From Macrostomum lignano (lineage: Eukaryota), in contig NIVC01000632.1 in assembly GCA_002269645.1 (NCBI GenBank), positions 62,001 to 126,000 of the forward strand: DNA of 64,000 bases. Reading direction: 5' to 3'. Every line of letters starts with the position of its first letter. The first letter of the stretch is position 1. Position numbers and translations under genes: made by a program. Under the pieces are notes generated by a model that was not told the origin of the DNA, searched no databases, and saw only the letters and a program-made list of their open reading frames with translations. Shown piece after piece: positions 39,184 through 51,602 of this stretch.

Positions 39184-40079
39184 TTGATGTCTCCGATAAA
39201 CTAACTCAGAGAGCGGCAGATACTCGTAATTGGGGCAAGTAAGAATCCGAAAAAACAATCCTTTCACTCAGTTTGAAAACCCCGCGCTTCTATTTGAATC
39301 CGAGCAATAATTATTACACGATCGATAATTTTGGCGACACAAAAATTATTATATATTTTCAAAAAAATTTACGTAGAAGCCTACTTATAGTAGAGTAGTA
39401 ACAAAGATACCCTAAATAAACCTAAGCTTGTTATTTAGCAAAACGGCCCTTTTAAGCCCTTCCTTGTCACGACACAACAGTTACTTACGCTAGTCACCTA
39501 AAGAGCTGAGTTCTAAAATTGTCAAATTCATATTTTTTGCTTTTTCGAGCCGTTTTAAAAAGCAACCTTACTTTTCCTTTCATAGATTTTTGAATTATTA
39601 CAACAATATTACACCGTATATTATACCTGTTGCAGTGCTTTATTAATAAATGTCGAATAAGTGTCCTGTATTTGCAAACGAATTTTTACTAAACATAGTA
39701 CAATAATTTAATATCGGATCGGAATAAAAAATTAACATAGAATCCTAATTTTCTGAACGAAAAGCTTTATGAATATCGATAGAGCAATAAGAAAGGCACA
39801 ACATATCAAAAGATTAACACTGGATCCGCCTCCTATCAAACGCAATAACAATTTTTGTGCTGAAAAAATGAAAACTTCCTATCTCCGCAGTGTATTTTTT
39901 CGGGAAAACCTGCCTTCTAAATTTTCTAAGAAACGAGGTTTCCCGTCCTTCTACTTAAGTCGTCCTTGCGTTGATGCGCCTGCGTTTGAGCTCGCCGTCA
40001 AGGTGTAAAGAAGGTCTGCTGCTCAATTTCCGCTACGGGAAAACTAACCAGTTCGACAGGGACGAACAGACTGCTGCTG

Positions 40080-40490
40080 CCAGCACCGACACCCGGCCAC
40101 CCGCTTCAGCCCGTTGCGTCACTGCAAGACCACATCCGCTGCATTCATTTGAGGCTGTCGCAGCAGGGTCTGTTTTCTTCCGTCAATTGTTTATCAGATC
40201 ACCAAACGTCAAGACGTCTCGCTAACTAGACTCGCAGTTGAAGTCCTGTCTCTGCGAGGCGGGCATCAGTACTCGGAGCACAGCCTGTCTCTGCGAGGCG
40301 GGCATCAGTACTCGGAGCACAGCCTGTCTCTGCGAGGCGGGCATCAGTACTCGGAGCACAGCCTGTCTCTGCGAGGCGGGCATCAGTACTCGGAGCACAG
40401 CCTGTCTCTGCGAGGCGGGCATCAGTACTCGGAGCACAGCCTGTCTCTGCGAGGCGGGCATCAGTACTCGGAGCACAGCCTGTCTCTGGC
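40080..40490 (+). mobile_element. Tyrosine-recombinase (DIRS/Ngaro/Crypton-like) relic ending in a 39-bp minisatellite
   Basis: ARPHPLHSFEAVAAGSVFFRQL..LKSCLCEAGIS matches the relic at 52830-53120. The repeat unit (40238-40487, period 39) contains TAC TCG GAG CAC AGC CTG, i.e. YSEHSL. Confidence 0.7.
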
Positions 40491-42080
40491 TTCGGCTTTG
40501 GGCAGGCTCTGTGCCCTCTTTTTAGCTTTCGCCAGCTCTTTGTTCTGTTCTTTGTGAAGGAGTGGCAGTGAAGTGTACATCTTTAAGTTTAAAATCGAAT
40601 CGTTTCAAGCTCGGATGAGAAAAGTCTTCAGACAGATTATCTGTAGCCAACTCATTTGTTTGTGTTTTCAGGACTGAGAGCTCGCTTAATAAGTCAACTT
40701 CGTCTACCAGGCTCAGCTTGCAGCTTCTATAGAACTGAATCATTATCGACCACGCCCAAGCAGACTGGTAGATGGACCGAAACCCACGGGGCTATAAATA
40801 TTCTTTAATTACCAAAGAGAGAGGGAGGGATGCAGAATTGGGCCTGCGCAGGGTATGGAAAAATCTCGTAGTTAGATAAAATGACTTCTATTAAAATAGT
40901 TTAATATGCTCACCTATACCGGACAGTTCCTCTCTGAGCGGCTGACGCCCAGAGATGTGACTGTGCGTCCCAGTCTCCCGGATGCGTCAGCCCAATTAAT
41001 TTTAGAATCTGGGGCGGCAGTCTCAAAATCGTTTTCTGTATTTTTGTAATTTGCCCATCTGCACTCAACCAAGAGCTGTGTACCATACTCGCACAACTAC
41101 CTGAGAGTTCTTTGACGCTAAATAAACTTTCTATAGCTAATCGCATTTTTGCTTTGTTATAATTTATAGATTGATAAGATTTCTTACGTTTTTTAAACTC
41201 GTAAAATTATAATGCTTGTGATTAGTTGGAACTGCTTGTGATTAATGGAGTTGTGGATAGGTTATCCAGCTTTAAAATGCGTTCACGCTTTTAAAAATCG
41301 AATGCACAGTTTCGATTACAAAAGAAACTATTTTCGATATGCTTTTGAAATTTTCGGTCCATCTCTTGTGTGTAAATGGAGAATTTCATTGACTTAAATT
41401 CGTTGAAAATGCGTATCCAGTGGTCAGGTCAGAGCTGTCCAGGTTTCCCTTCCAGATTTCTAGCTTGAAGCATCCATGGTTGTTAGTCTGCAAATTTCAA
41501 TATGCAGTACGAGGGGTACCGCCTGACTATGCACAGGGATGATGGTAGTTTGCCACTCCTAATTGCCACTCTCTCAGAAAAAAATTATAACAGATTAAGG
41601 ACTCAAAACCTCCCAGCCCAATCAACGGTACGGTTGAGGTAGATGGACGAGGCATCAGCCAATTAATCAGGCAGCATCTGCTGCACAAGGCTGAGCTTTT
41701 GAATGCCTTTGGGAAATGCTAAATATTGGCAGGCTGGCAGGCATTTCTGCACTCCCAGCGTAACAGTATGACTAATTTCTCGGAATAGGCTTCGGAAGGT
41801 GAGTCCTATCCAAACTCTATTGCGACTAGCCAGTTTAAGCAGATTTTATCTTTATACTCTATCTTTTCTACATGAGCTTCGGTTTGTTATTTTGTCGCTT
41901 GAAGCTTTTGGGTAGTGGAACCATGCGATCTTTGTGTCCACAGACTCCAAAACTAATGTGTCTGCGTGTCGGAATCAGACTATTTCGATACCTCACTGTG
42001 AACTGCTTGGCTTGAAATATATTTCAGCACAAATGAGATATCGATTCGCGCGTGATCAGAATCAATAATAGGGGGAGTTC

Positions 42081-45000
42081 ATGGAGAAATCGGGCTTGGA
42101 GAAATCTTCCCAGTCCAGCGACGGAGTCCGCAGCTCCTTGACGCAGTTCTGCAACTACACCACCGCCCACGGACTGGGCAGATTTGGGGCCCAGGCCAGC
42201 ACCTTCGGCAAAACCCTGTGGCTCTGCTTCCTGCTGGGCACCTACGGCGGGTTCACCTACCACATATACACTCTGGGCCTACATTTCGCCAGCGTGCCGC
42301 TCTCCACCAGCCTATCCACCTCGCTGCCGTTCGAGTTTCCCGACGTGTACATCTGCCCAACAGACACCGTGACCATGAGCCGGCTGGCCTCACCAATTGA
42401 CACCAACGAAATATTAAGAAACAGTCTTTGCAGCAGCGAGTGCGTTCTGAGAAAATTACTGTTCGAGATCAATTCTAAAGTCAGCTACAGTGCTAGCACA
42501 GAGGCTCTGCTCAATACTGTCATCTCTGCAGAGGAGGCCGTCCTGAACGAGCTGCAATATGGCAATACAAGTGAGAAAATTCTATTGAAGTTTGAATTGA
42601 ATGAAGATCAACTGGACTAAGCTGCATTTATGTTTTCTTAGACACATTTTCCCTGTCTAAGCTCGTAATTTCAAGGAGGTAAACCTCAATAAGAGCGCGT
42701 TGGAAGGTCATCTAAACTTAGAATTTCTCGTGCCAGTATTGGTCGTCAACTGAAGGGTATGTTTGGTGTGACGAGTGCCTGACGGGCTTGTAGTAATAAA
42801 ACAAAACTATAGTCTAAAAGGTCGAGAAACTGATCCAATTATCCAAAGAATCAATTTTACTTTCCATCCTAGCAATCAATCATTTGAGTGGCAGTGTATC
42901 CTACTTTGTAGAAGGATCACAAATTCACAAAGGAATCAATGTTGTTATTCCATTCACATGTCGAGAGCAGAAAGGCAGTCAAGACTCTTGAACAAAAATG
43001 TGAGCTAGTGAATCAACCTAACATCCAGAACCAGAGCAGAAAATGATTTCAGTTGATACTCATAAACTCCATGATTGGGCCGGTCGCTTTAAACAGTGCA
43101 GGCAGGTCACAATCATTGCATCGAAAGGAATGCCGGGTTAATTAAGCAACACAATGGACTTACAAGCAAAGCTCCGAACTAGACATGACATGCCAGCCAG
43201 TTTGATTCCAGTTGGTTTTGTTCCGCTTTACTTTAGACTGCATTCCGGTGCTTAATTTGACATCCCATTTAGGGAGAGCATAAAATAAGTCTATTTTACC
43301 ATAAAAGCTCATAAGATAGTTTCAACAAACCAAATTTTCGACCCTATGCCTGTTTCTGTTTTGATTCTCAAAACTCGCCATAAAAATATTCTCGCGCCGA
43401 CACGCCTCTCTCCAGCTTCTAGCGACACCTGTCGTGTCACAGCGGCTGGCGAAGAATACACAGGCAGCCTCTCCGTGGTCCCCGTCTACGAAAGTCTCTT
43501 TGTAGAATTCAGGAATGTCGCCCTCACGACTGCGCCAGCCAAACCCCATGTGACACTCACCAGCTGCATCGGCTGGAACGAGGCCGCTAGGGAGCTGCAA
43601 GCTGCGGGCCTGGACCAGCTGGCTGGCAGAGTTTTCAGTGCAGGCTTCGCTGACACCGACCGCAGCTGCAGGCAGCCTCCCAATCTGCCGTTGACGGCTC
43701 TAAAGCAAAATTTTACCTGTGAGTTGTTTGGTCACAGTATGGCTATTCAAGCTTTCAGCTTTGTCATGACACCACAGTCGTAAAAATGGCAGATCCGGTA
43801 TCGGAGTTCGTCGGTTGCATTGGACTGAGGGCCTGGCAGGAGAATGAAACTTGCATTGAGACCAAGTTCAATGTCATGACGGTGACCATGTGCCGGCAGT
43901 GCTGCTACAACAAGCAGTTTCCTTACGCCGGGGTGCATCGGTTCGCTTGCTATTGCTCCGATCGAATAGTTTCTGACCGGAAAGATTACCTCGATACCAA
44001 CGCGGACAATTCTTGCACTGAAAAGTGTCCGGGACATCTCAACCAAATCTGTGGCGGAGGCGATGGAAGCGAAGCCTACTTGTCTGTGTACAGAGTCATT
44101 GCTCTTGGTAAGCCATGAATAGTACCGAGGATAAGTGGAGAATTCCTCAGCTTGACGTTCACTCTTTTTTCACTCAGGCAGCGTTCCGGGTTTCGTACTG
44201 CCGTTCAGGCCCAACCTGGCAGGCCTGAGCAATGGGCCGTACTGCTTTTTTAGGGACTCCAGAAACAGTCTGTCTGCGTCCTACTGCAACATACCCTACT
44301 GCCGTGAGGACACGAGTGCATTCAAATATTGTGTACTCTAAACAGAGCAGTCCCTCAAAATCCAATAAAACAATTTTGGGCTTCAGAAATTTCGCATAAC
44401 AACGACTGTCTGCGGACAAATGATGCTTCTCAAGCAGACGACCTTCAAATGGCGAGGTACTCCGGCTTCGTGAACTTTACGGAAAGCGGCGAAGGCTGCA
44501 TGGACTGGCGCAGCTTCAGGGTGCTTGTGCTTTCCGGGAATTTGAACTACACCTGGGACATCAGCTACTCTGCGAATAGAGTAGGTAAGAAACTCACCTG
44601 ACAGTAGACGAGTTTTTTAACATTCAATTTCAAATTCCATTGAATTCATTTTTATGCCCTCCGCTTCGAGTTTAGCTCGAGTGGTGAGTCTGGACGTAGA
44701 GACGCCAGACTACCAAATGAGAGACTGCAGCCCGCTGCCCTATAACCACTGCCGAGCCGTTCGCCTGGTCGCTGACTTGATTGTCTACGAGTTTGAGTCG
44801 GGGGTGTACTCTTACATGTGAGTCGGGAGTGTACTCTTACATGCGAGTCGGGAGTGTACTCTTACATGTGAGTCGGGGAGTGTACTCTTACATGCGAGTC
44901 GGGAGTGTACTCTTACATGTGAGTCGGGGAGTGTACTCTTACATGTGAGTCGGGGGTGTACTCTTACATGCGAGTCGGGAATGTACTCTTACATGTGATT

Positions 45001-48000
45001 TCAAAGTCTTCCAAACTATGGTACAGTCCACAGACTATATTAAAAAAGACAGCAAATCTCAGGACCCTGTCCAGACAAGTTTTGGGTCAAACAACAATGT
45101 AGAAAATGGTTGCAGCTTCAGCCAAACTCATTTCGATCGATGGGTGATAGTTGAAAGTTGAAAGGTGAAAGTTGATTTTTTTATTCGGCGTATTCATGTC
45201 TATACAAATTCTATAGCCCAGGCTCGATTTCAAATTTCACATTTATCTGGGACTTAACTGAAATCTTAGCTCGGGTCTGCTCCTGCAATTGACGCCCTTG
45301 AGGGCCGACCCCCAAAGCACAGTGAAGTGTACATGCCTAACGATAAATAAAGTCTGGGCCACTGTACACTCCTGTGTGAGTGTGTGCCTGTGCGTATGAC
45401 TGCGTACGTATCCACACGCTTGTGTGCCTGCTCAGGGGAGTCGGCGGAATGGCAGTAATCTCTTGCCGGTTGTGTGACAATGTCGCCTAAAGTGTGTTAT
45501 GGTGCACAAAGCCCCCTGCCTCTAATAAAAACTTAGAGAATGGTTGTTGGACTTGACTCAGGCGCAGGTGGCTGCGGGCATCTGGATGCAGCGGGGAGGC
45601 GTCGACGCCCATTACGCTAACCCCTGGGGACCACGGGCAGCTCGTGCTGCGGTGTCGCGCAGGGAGATCCGGAGGTGCCGGTGACAGCAGCGTGGTCCCC
45701 CTTCGGAGAGTCCAGGAGGGGGTGGTCGCTCGCATGATAGCCCTTAGGTAGCGGACGAGCTGGCAGAGATTCTCGGGCCTGAAAATTTCCAAGGGTACGA
45801 GTTTGGGCCGAAGTAGGTGAGCCTGTCCTGAGTAAAGAACGGGCATTCACAGATGAAGTGCTCCGCATTCTCAACACCGGGGAGGCAGGATCACGGCTGG
45901 CTTTGTGCAACCACGGCTTTGCTAACACCCACACAGAATCGAACCGGCCTAACGAGGGAGTCGATCCCCACCGTGCATCTGTTAAATATCGTTAAGCAGA
46001 AGTTGTATTTTTTCATTTCAGCCGCAAGATCCACGAGTTCTCCAGCGCTGCTTGCGCCTATGCAAAGTCTGGCGAGGCCCGCATCGGACACTGCAGCATT
46101 CCGCTCTGCTGTAAGCCAGGAGGGTTGCTGCAAGGCCAGTCAGCAGCTGCCATTGCTTTTTTAGCGGGACAGAGCGTAAACCCCGGGATCTTATAAAAGA
46201 CAAGCTGTTGAAACCCTCGGGTATTTTACCCGCTTGAATTTCAATCCCCGGAACTATTTCTAAAGTATTTCTACTATTTCTAATGTGTTGTGAGCCCCGT
46301 CCTCCGGAGCAACGCCTACAGCTTTAACCTGTCGGGAAGCTGCGACCCCCAGGTCCCCAGTCAGAGCTCCCGTCCCGCGCCCTAGGGAGAAGCAGAAAAA
46401 GGACAGTAAATCGCGAACACGAACTTACACACCGTAGCCGATGCAGTTCGCCGTGCACTTTTTATGGTAGATCGACGAGTCGTTTTAGTCAATAGCCAAC
46501 GGAGGCGGACCAACGCGCGCAAGGGAGGAGTCTGCCCTCCAGACAGCGACTATATATTTTTCATTGGTCCTACGCGTACATGAATATACCTTAAGAACAA
46601 ATGTACGGTACAGCAGGGGAGGTGGGGCGGGGTGGCGTGATCGGCGTACGCATTGATTATTGATTGGAGGGGTGGGGCAGACTGGAGGGTTGGGGCGGGG
46701 CAGGAGGGCGAGAAAGGGCACGATTGCACAACAAATGTTTTGTTTTTCTTTGTACCTTAAATCTGAAGCCATGCTACGACAAAAACTTGTGAATACGAGT
46801 AGTTAGAACAAGGACTACTACGAACACTTAGTGTCTAGTAGTCGTTAAGTTAGGATAGAGGTAAAAAAGCTTAGAGTAAATTCGTGATAAATTGAATGTT
46901 GCGTTTTATGCGTTGACACTGCGTTGAGCCGAAGAGCGTGGCTTAAGTTGCATTTATATTTTGTTTAGAACGATATAAGTCGAGGCAAGCCTTAATAGAG
47001 TCAGTCGGTAGCTGCTTGTGACACAGACAAATAAATTAAACGCTGGGGCAACGACTGAAAATAAAAGTACATTGGATTCGGATCGGTGTACAACATTATA
47101 ATTTGGGGCTTTTGAAACGATCTCTCATCTCTCCTCTCTAATCTCTCCACTCTCTTCTCGTTTCTCTCTCCCATATTCTCTCTCCCCTCTCTCTCTCGTC
47201 TCATCTCTTCTCCTCTCCTCTCTTGTCTCCCATTTCTGCTCTCTATCGTCTCGTAGCTAAAAATGCGCTTTTAGCAGTTTCTTGCACTTTTAGGCAGGAA
47301 GACTTCGATTTAGGAAATTCTAAGGTAGCCTAAGACATTCTCCGTAGTGAGTTTAGGTTGGGCTCAGATAGCTTTCAGACTTAATGTTCCATTAAAAACT
47401 ATTTATGCAGACAATGTTCTCGGCTGTCAGTATTCTGTTGTAATGAGCCGAGTTGGAGCCGAGCTGCTACTCAGCAGGTTCGGCAGCAACCTGGGCATCG
47501 GACTCAGCGGTTGCCGCCTCGGTCGTCGCCGCTGCCGCATGGAAAACTTCACAACACTGCATCATCCGAATCTGGGCGTCTGCCATCGGTTCAATCAGGG
47601 CGGAGCCAGGTTAATTAACTCAGAATCTTCTAATGTCGACGACACAGAACTCGTGATTAACTACTTCACGGATGCGACGGACAGTCGCGGCCGCCAGTTC
47701 GCTGGCACGAAACTCCTGACTAACGCGCTTTCGCATTGGGCACTGGAAGCTGACGAGAAAGTAGCAATGAAGGTCAGTAAAATTCAAAAAAACTTTTAAA
47801 CACATTTATCTTCGATATAACCCAGGATGTAGTCGGGTTATTTTTATCAAGGACTACTCAAAATGAACAAATTGCGGGTCATTTTAATTTTCTTTTACTT
47901 CTTTGTTGACCCGTTGGGACAAGTGAGCTGAGATGAAAGCAATAATAGAAAGACTTCTGCTGCATGCAAGAAACCTGACGTTATTAAGCTCAACCCCCAG

Positions 48001-50601
48001 TAAAATCCAGTCAATAGCACAACTATTTCTATCTCTACAGGTGATTATAGTGCCACCGGGGCAATATCCCAGGCCTCAAGACACAGTCACCGTGGGTCCT
48101 GGCCAGCACATGAGGCTCATGATCCGATACGATCGAACCGTTCGATACTCGAAGCTGACCGATAAAGAATGCGCTGCCTCGGCCCAGCCTGTGGAATACG
48201 TTCTGCCGAATTGGAAGTCCTCGCTTCGGCTGTTTGATAAGAATAGAAGGTGAGCTGCGGTGCCCATTGCTCTCAGTCATCTTTTTTTATTAGAGGCAAG
48301 GGGGTTGTGTGCACCCTGGCGCACTTTAAGCGACATAGGCACACAACCGGCGAGAGGCATTACTGCCCATTCCGCCGACTCCCCTGAGCAGGCATACAAG
48401 CGCGCGGATACGTACGCACAGGCACACACTCACACAGGAGTGTACAGCGGCCCTAACTTTATATTATCGTTAGGCATGTACACTTCACTGCGCCTTGGGG
48501 GGTTGGCTCTCAAGGCCGTTAATTGCACGAGCAGAGCCAAGCCGAGATTCCAATTCAGCCCCAAATTAATGTGACTGCACTTGGAATCGAGCCAGGGTCG
48601 CTGCACACCAGAGCAGCTGCGCTACCGCTGGGCTACGGCCCCCTGCTCTCAGTCATCAAGTTCAGGCCACAGATAGTGCACATACCTGACGATTAGAGAG
48701 TCAGGGCGGGTGTACACCCTATGCGTACAGTATTGGCGAATGGCAGAATCGCCTCCCCGCTGGCCGTACAATTCGTCGATAGAGTTGTGCCACGTCGGGG
48801 CTTGCAGCCCTCCTGCCAATATCTATTTTTCAACTACTTACAAAGGATTACTCCAGAAATCCTACAAAATGAATTACAGAGAGAATGTGAACTATACAGC
48901 ATTTCAATCAGCCTCCGATTGGATGGAGAGGACGGATCTGCTTCGTGAAATGCTCGAAGGACAAACCAACGGAAGGTGCGTCTTTGAAAATTAGACTTCT
49001 AAAATATTAGAGCTTTCACTTAGCTACTGAAATACTCGCGGGCGTACCCTATAGCTGTAAAGAAACTCTAAAAAACAAATTTGCATATTAATTAAGCTAC
49101 TTTTGCTAGCTAAAATCAAACGGTTGTCAACAAAAATCGATCGAGAGATTTGTTAAGCATCGCAAATTTAGGTCGATCTTGGGTCAAAAGTAAAGAATTT
49201 TCGCTGCTTGCTAGTCCTATATACTAGTCCCATACGAATCTATGTGATCGTTTTTAGAAAAATTTATAACCAAAAATGTCCTGTAATTTTTCATTACTGA
49301 GCAAATCTTCAACCCGTTTCAGATCGGCAATCAGCCCGACCATGCGATTCGCAGCCAGCACTGTGGACGACTGCATAGACGAGTTCGTTGCGCGCCGATT
49401 CCTTGAGAACTGCAGCTGCCTCCCGCTGTTCCTGCCTGTCCGAGTGGGCGCGTTCCCGCCCGAGGTCAAGCAGTGCTTCAATGTGACCTCGCTAGAGGGC
49501 ATTGGCTCAGTGGAGCAGTGCTACCAGAGCCAGATTGAACAGCTGGCCTCACTGCAGAAAAGCGCTCGCCAAGCCTGCGTCCCCCTGTGCGAAACTCGCA
49601 GCTACTCTGTGAAGCTGGCCAGCTATCGGTGGCCAGAGATATCCACGCTGAATGCTCACGATTTCTTCCAGAGCCACCTCTTCGATTGGAATTATCCGAA
49701 CAACTTTCTCGGCTCCGAGGGAATTTCAACTCTATTTGGACTAAACTATTTCTCCAGACTGGTGAGCCAGATGGACACCTCTGTAGACGGCAGTATTAAC
49801 AAGGCAACGGCCGTCAAGGAGCTCACAGAAAATCTCAGTCTGATTGAAAAGAACTTTGTCAGAGTTACTGTGCAGGCTTCGAGTCTGTACGGTCAGGAGA
49901 TCAAGGAGGAGCCTTCGTACACAAGCAAGAACCTATTGGCTGATTTAGGCGGTAAGTCAGAAGAGTTGCACCAAGCCACCTGGTATAGATTTAGTTTGGG
50001 AAATGTATGGGCAAATAGAGATCAAGTGACTCAGCTCCTTACAATGGATGAGTCTACGACAATTGACTGCAGCGAGTTGACTGCTGACCCAATTCTAACC
50101 CTAGACCTGACCTAAATCGTGGGTAGTCAAATGTCATCGGCAGTCAAATTGATAGAAGTCAAATTGTGTCAGTCAGTCACGGTATCCCAAAATATTCATG
50201 TCTCAATAACTAGACCGGCTGTTTTGGCTCAGTTGTTTACGCTTTAGACTCCCATGCCAATGTCTGGTACACGAAAATTTCGATTCACGTAAGGACGACC
50301 CCAGGGCGCAGTGTGCACGTGTCTGTAGCCGAGGTCATCTGTGCTTGGTTAAAAATTTTACGCTGTGACTTGCTCTGATGCAAGGGCTGGGGAAAAATTG
50401 ACATCATCTGTTCCCCATCCACCAGGTGCTCTCGGTCTGTGGTCGGGGGTGTCGGTCCTGACGGCATGCGAGCTGATAGAGCTGTTGGTGTACCTGGCCA
50501 TCGCTCTGCAGCAGAAGCTCGGTCACACCCAAGTGTCAGAGAACGGCGCACCCCGGCAGAGTGAGCACGAGAACCCAGTCTCGATTTCCGATTGTGTTTA
50601 A
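42081..50601 (+). CDS. DEG/ENaC (ASC family) sodium channel with kringle-WSC-kringle ectodomain insert, paralog A, about 1025 aa
   Basis: Exons 42081-42570, 43416-43718, 43793-44107, 44178-44303, 44387-44584, 44676-44817, 47379 (or 47411)-47772, 48041-48249, 48880-48975, 49323-49951 and 50426-50601. Hallmarks: FCNYTTAHG, TM1, FPDVYIC, GVCHRFN, the Cys-rich thumb, and LLADLGGALGLWSGVSVLTACELIE. The 44817-47379 junction is uncertain. Confidence 0.88.
43420..44303 (+). other. Kringle-like domain 1 interrupted by a WSC domain (paralog A)
   Basis: Kringle N-half C-RVTAAGEEYTG..C-IGW..RSC-RQP (exon 2); WSC domain FVGC..MTVTMCRQCC..YAGV..CYC..C..KCPG..ICGG..LSVY (exon 3); kringle C-half GPYC-FF..SYC-NIPYC (exon 4). 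Confidence 0.8.
44795..45000. repeat. 25-26-bp minisatellite copying the exon/intron junction (GAGTCGGGAGTGTACTCTTACATGT)n
   Basis: About 8 copies beginning inside exon 44676-44817. Confidence 0.92.
45215..45480 (+). mobile_element. tRNA-derived SINE family B, 5'-truncated
   Basis: Body matches the reverse complement of 48282-48643. Confidence 0.8.
45740..45900 (-). mobile_element. Non-LTR retrotransposon ORF2 C-terminal zinc-knuckle relic
   Basis: Minus strand CLPGVENAEHFICECPFFTQDRLTYFG resembles the C..C...E..EH....C..F...R motif. Confidence 0.5.
48282..48643 (-). mobile_element. Full-length tRNA-derived SINE family B with A-tail and 14-bp TSD
   Basis: Minus-strand head GGGGCCGTAGCCCAGCGG (A box) and GGCTCGATTCC (B box). 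A T7 tract lies at 48282-48288. TSD TGCTCTCAGTCATC at 48268-48281 and 48644-48657. Confidence 0.9.
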
Positions 50602-50984
50602 GTGATGATTAATTAAATATGCTGTCAATGCTTTGTTTATTAACATGTAATAGTTTTAGCCATGGTAAGTCTTAGTATATTTATGTACCCATCAATATTT
50701 ACAATATTAAATGATAAAATTTATGTCTTTGCTTTGAAGAAATATGCTAATTGTTTCTTACTTCATCGCCATTCGATAATGTTTGATTATAAAAGTTGAG
50801 CACTATGAGACAATATTTTCCTTGGAAATTCGAGCTCAGAAGTTCGAAACGTCAACAGATGCTCTTGTTGGTCTTGTGTGTCAAAGACAAAAACTCAAGA
50901 ACTGCGATGCGGTCGAGTTTTTTATTTTATTTTCCGACAGTCAAATTTAGTATTCGTCTTGTCTTCATAGTTTACACTAGTGCT

Positions 50985-51240
50985 GGATAGAGACTCAGGT
51001 TGTAGATAGAGATTCAGGTAGTAGATAGGGATTCAGGTACTGGATAGAGATTCAGGTACTGGATAAAGATTCAGGTACTGGATAAAGATTTAGGTACTGG
51101 ATAGAGATTCAGGTACTGGATAAAGATTTAGGTACTGGATAAAGATTCAGGTACTGGATAAAGATTCAGGTACTGGATAAAGATTCAAGTAGTAGAATGA
51201 GATACAGGTACTAGATGGAGATATAGGTAGTAGATAAAGA
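50985..51240. repeat. 19-bp minisatellite (GGTACTGGATAAAGATTCA)n
   Basis: Period 19 (51061 and 51080). Confidence 0.92.
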
Positions 51241-51377
51241 TCGAAGTATACCATATAGAGGAGGCTCAGAAGCTACTGGTGATGGATATTCAGGCAACTA
51301 CTGCAGGCTGTGTCGCAGTGAGACAGTATCAAGCTCCGGCTGCATCTTTAACAGATCATCGATTCGTACGCAGTCAT

Positions 51378-51602
51378 AAGCACAGGCACACCCTCACACA
51401 GGAGTGTACAGCGGCCCTAACTTTACTAATCGTTAGGCATGTACACTTCACTGTGCCTTGGGGGTTGGGCCTCAGTTGGCGTTAATTGCACGAGTTATCC
51501 CAAGCCAAGATTCCAATTTAGCACCAAATTAATGTGACTGCACTTGGAATCGAGCCTGAGCCGCTGGCACATCAGAGCTCCGCGCTAGACCACTGGGCTC
51601 CC
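51378..51602 (-). mobile_element. SINE family B copy, 3'-truncated
   Basis: Matches about 48420-48640. Confidence 0.82.
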
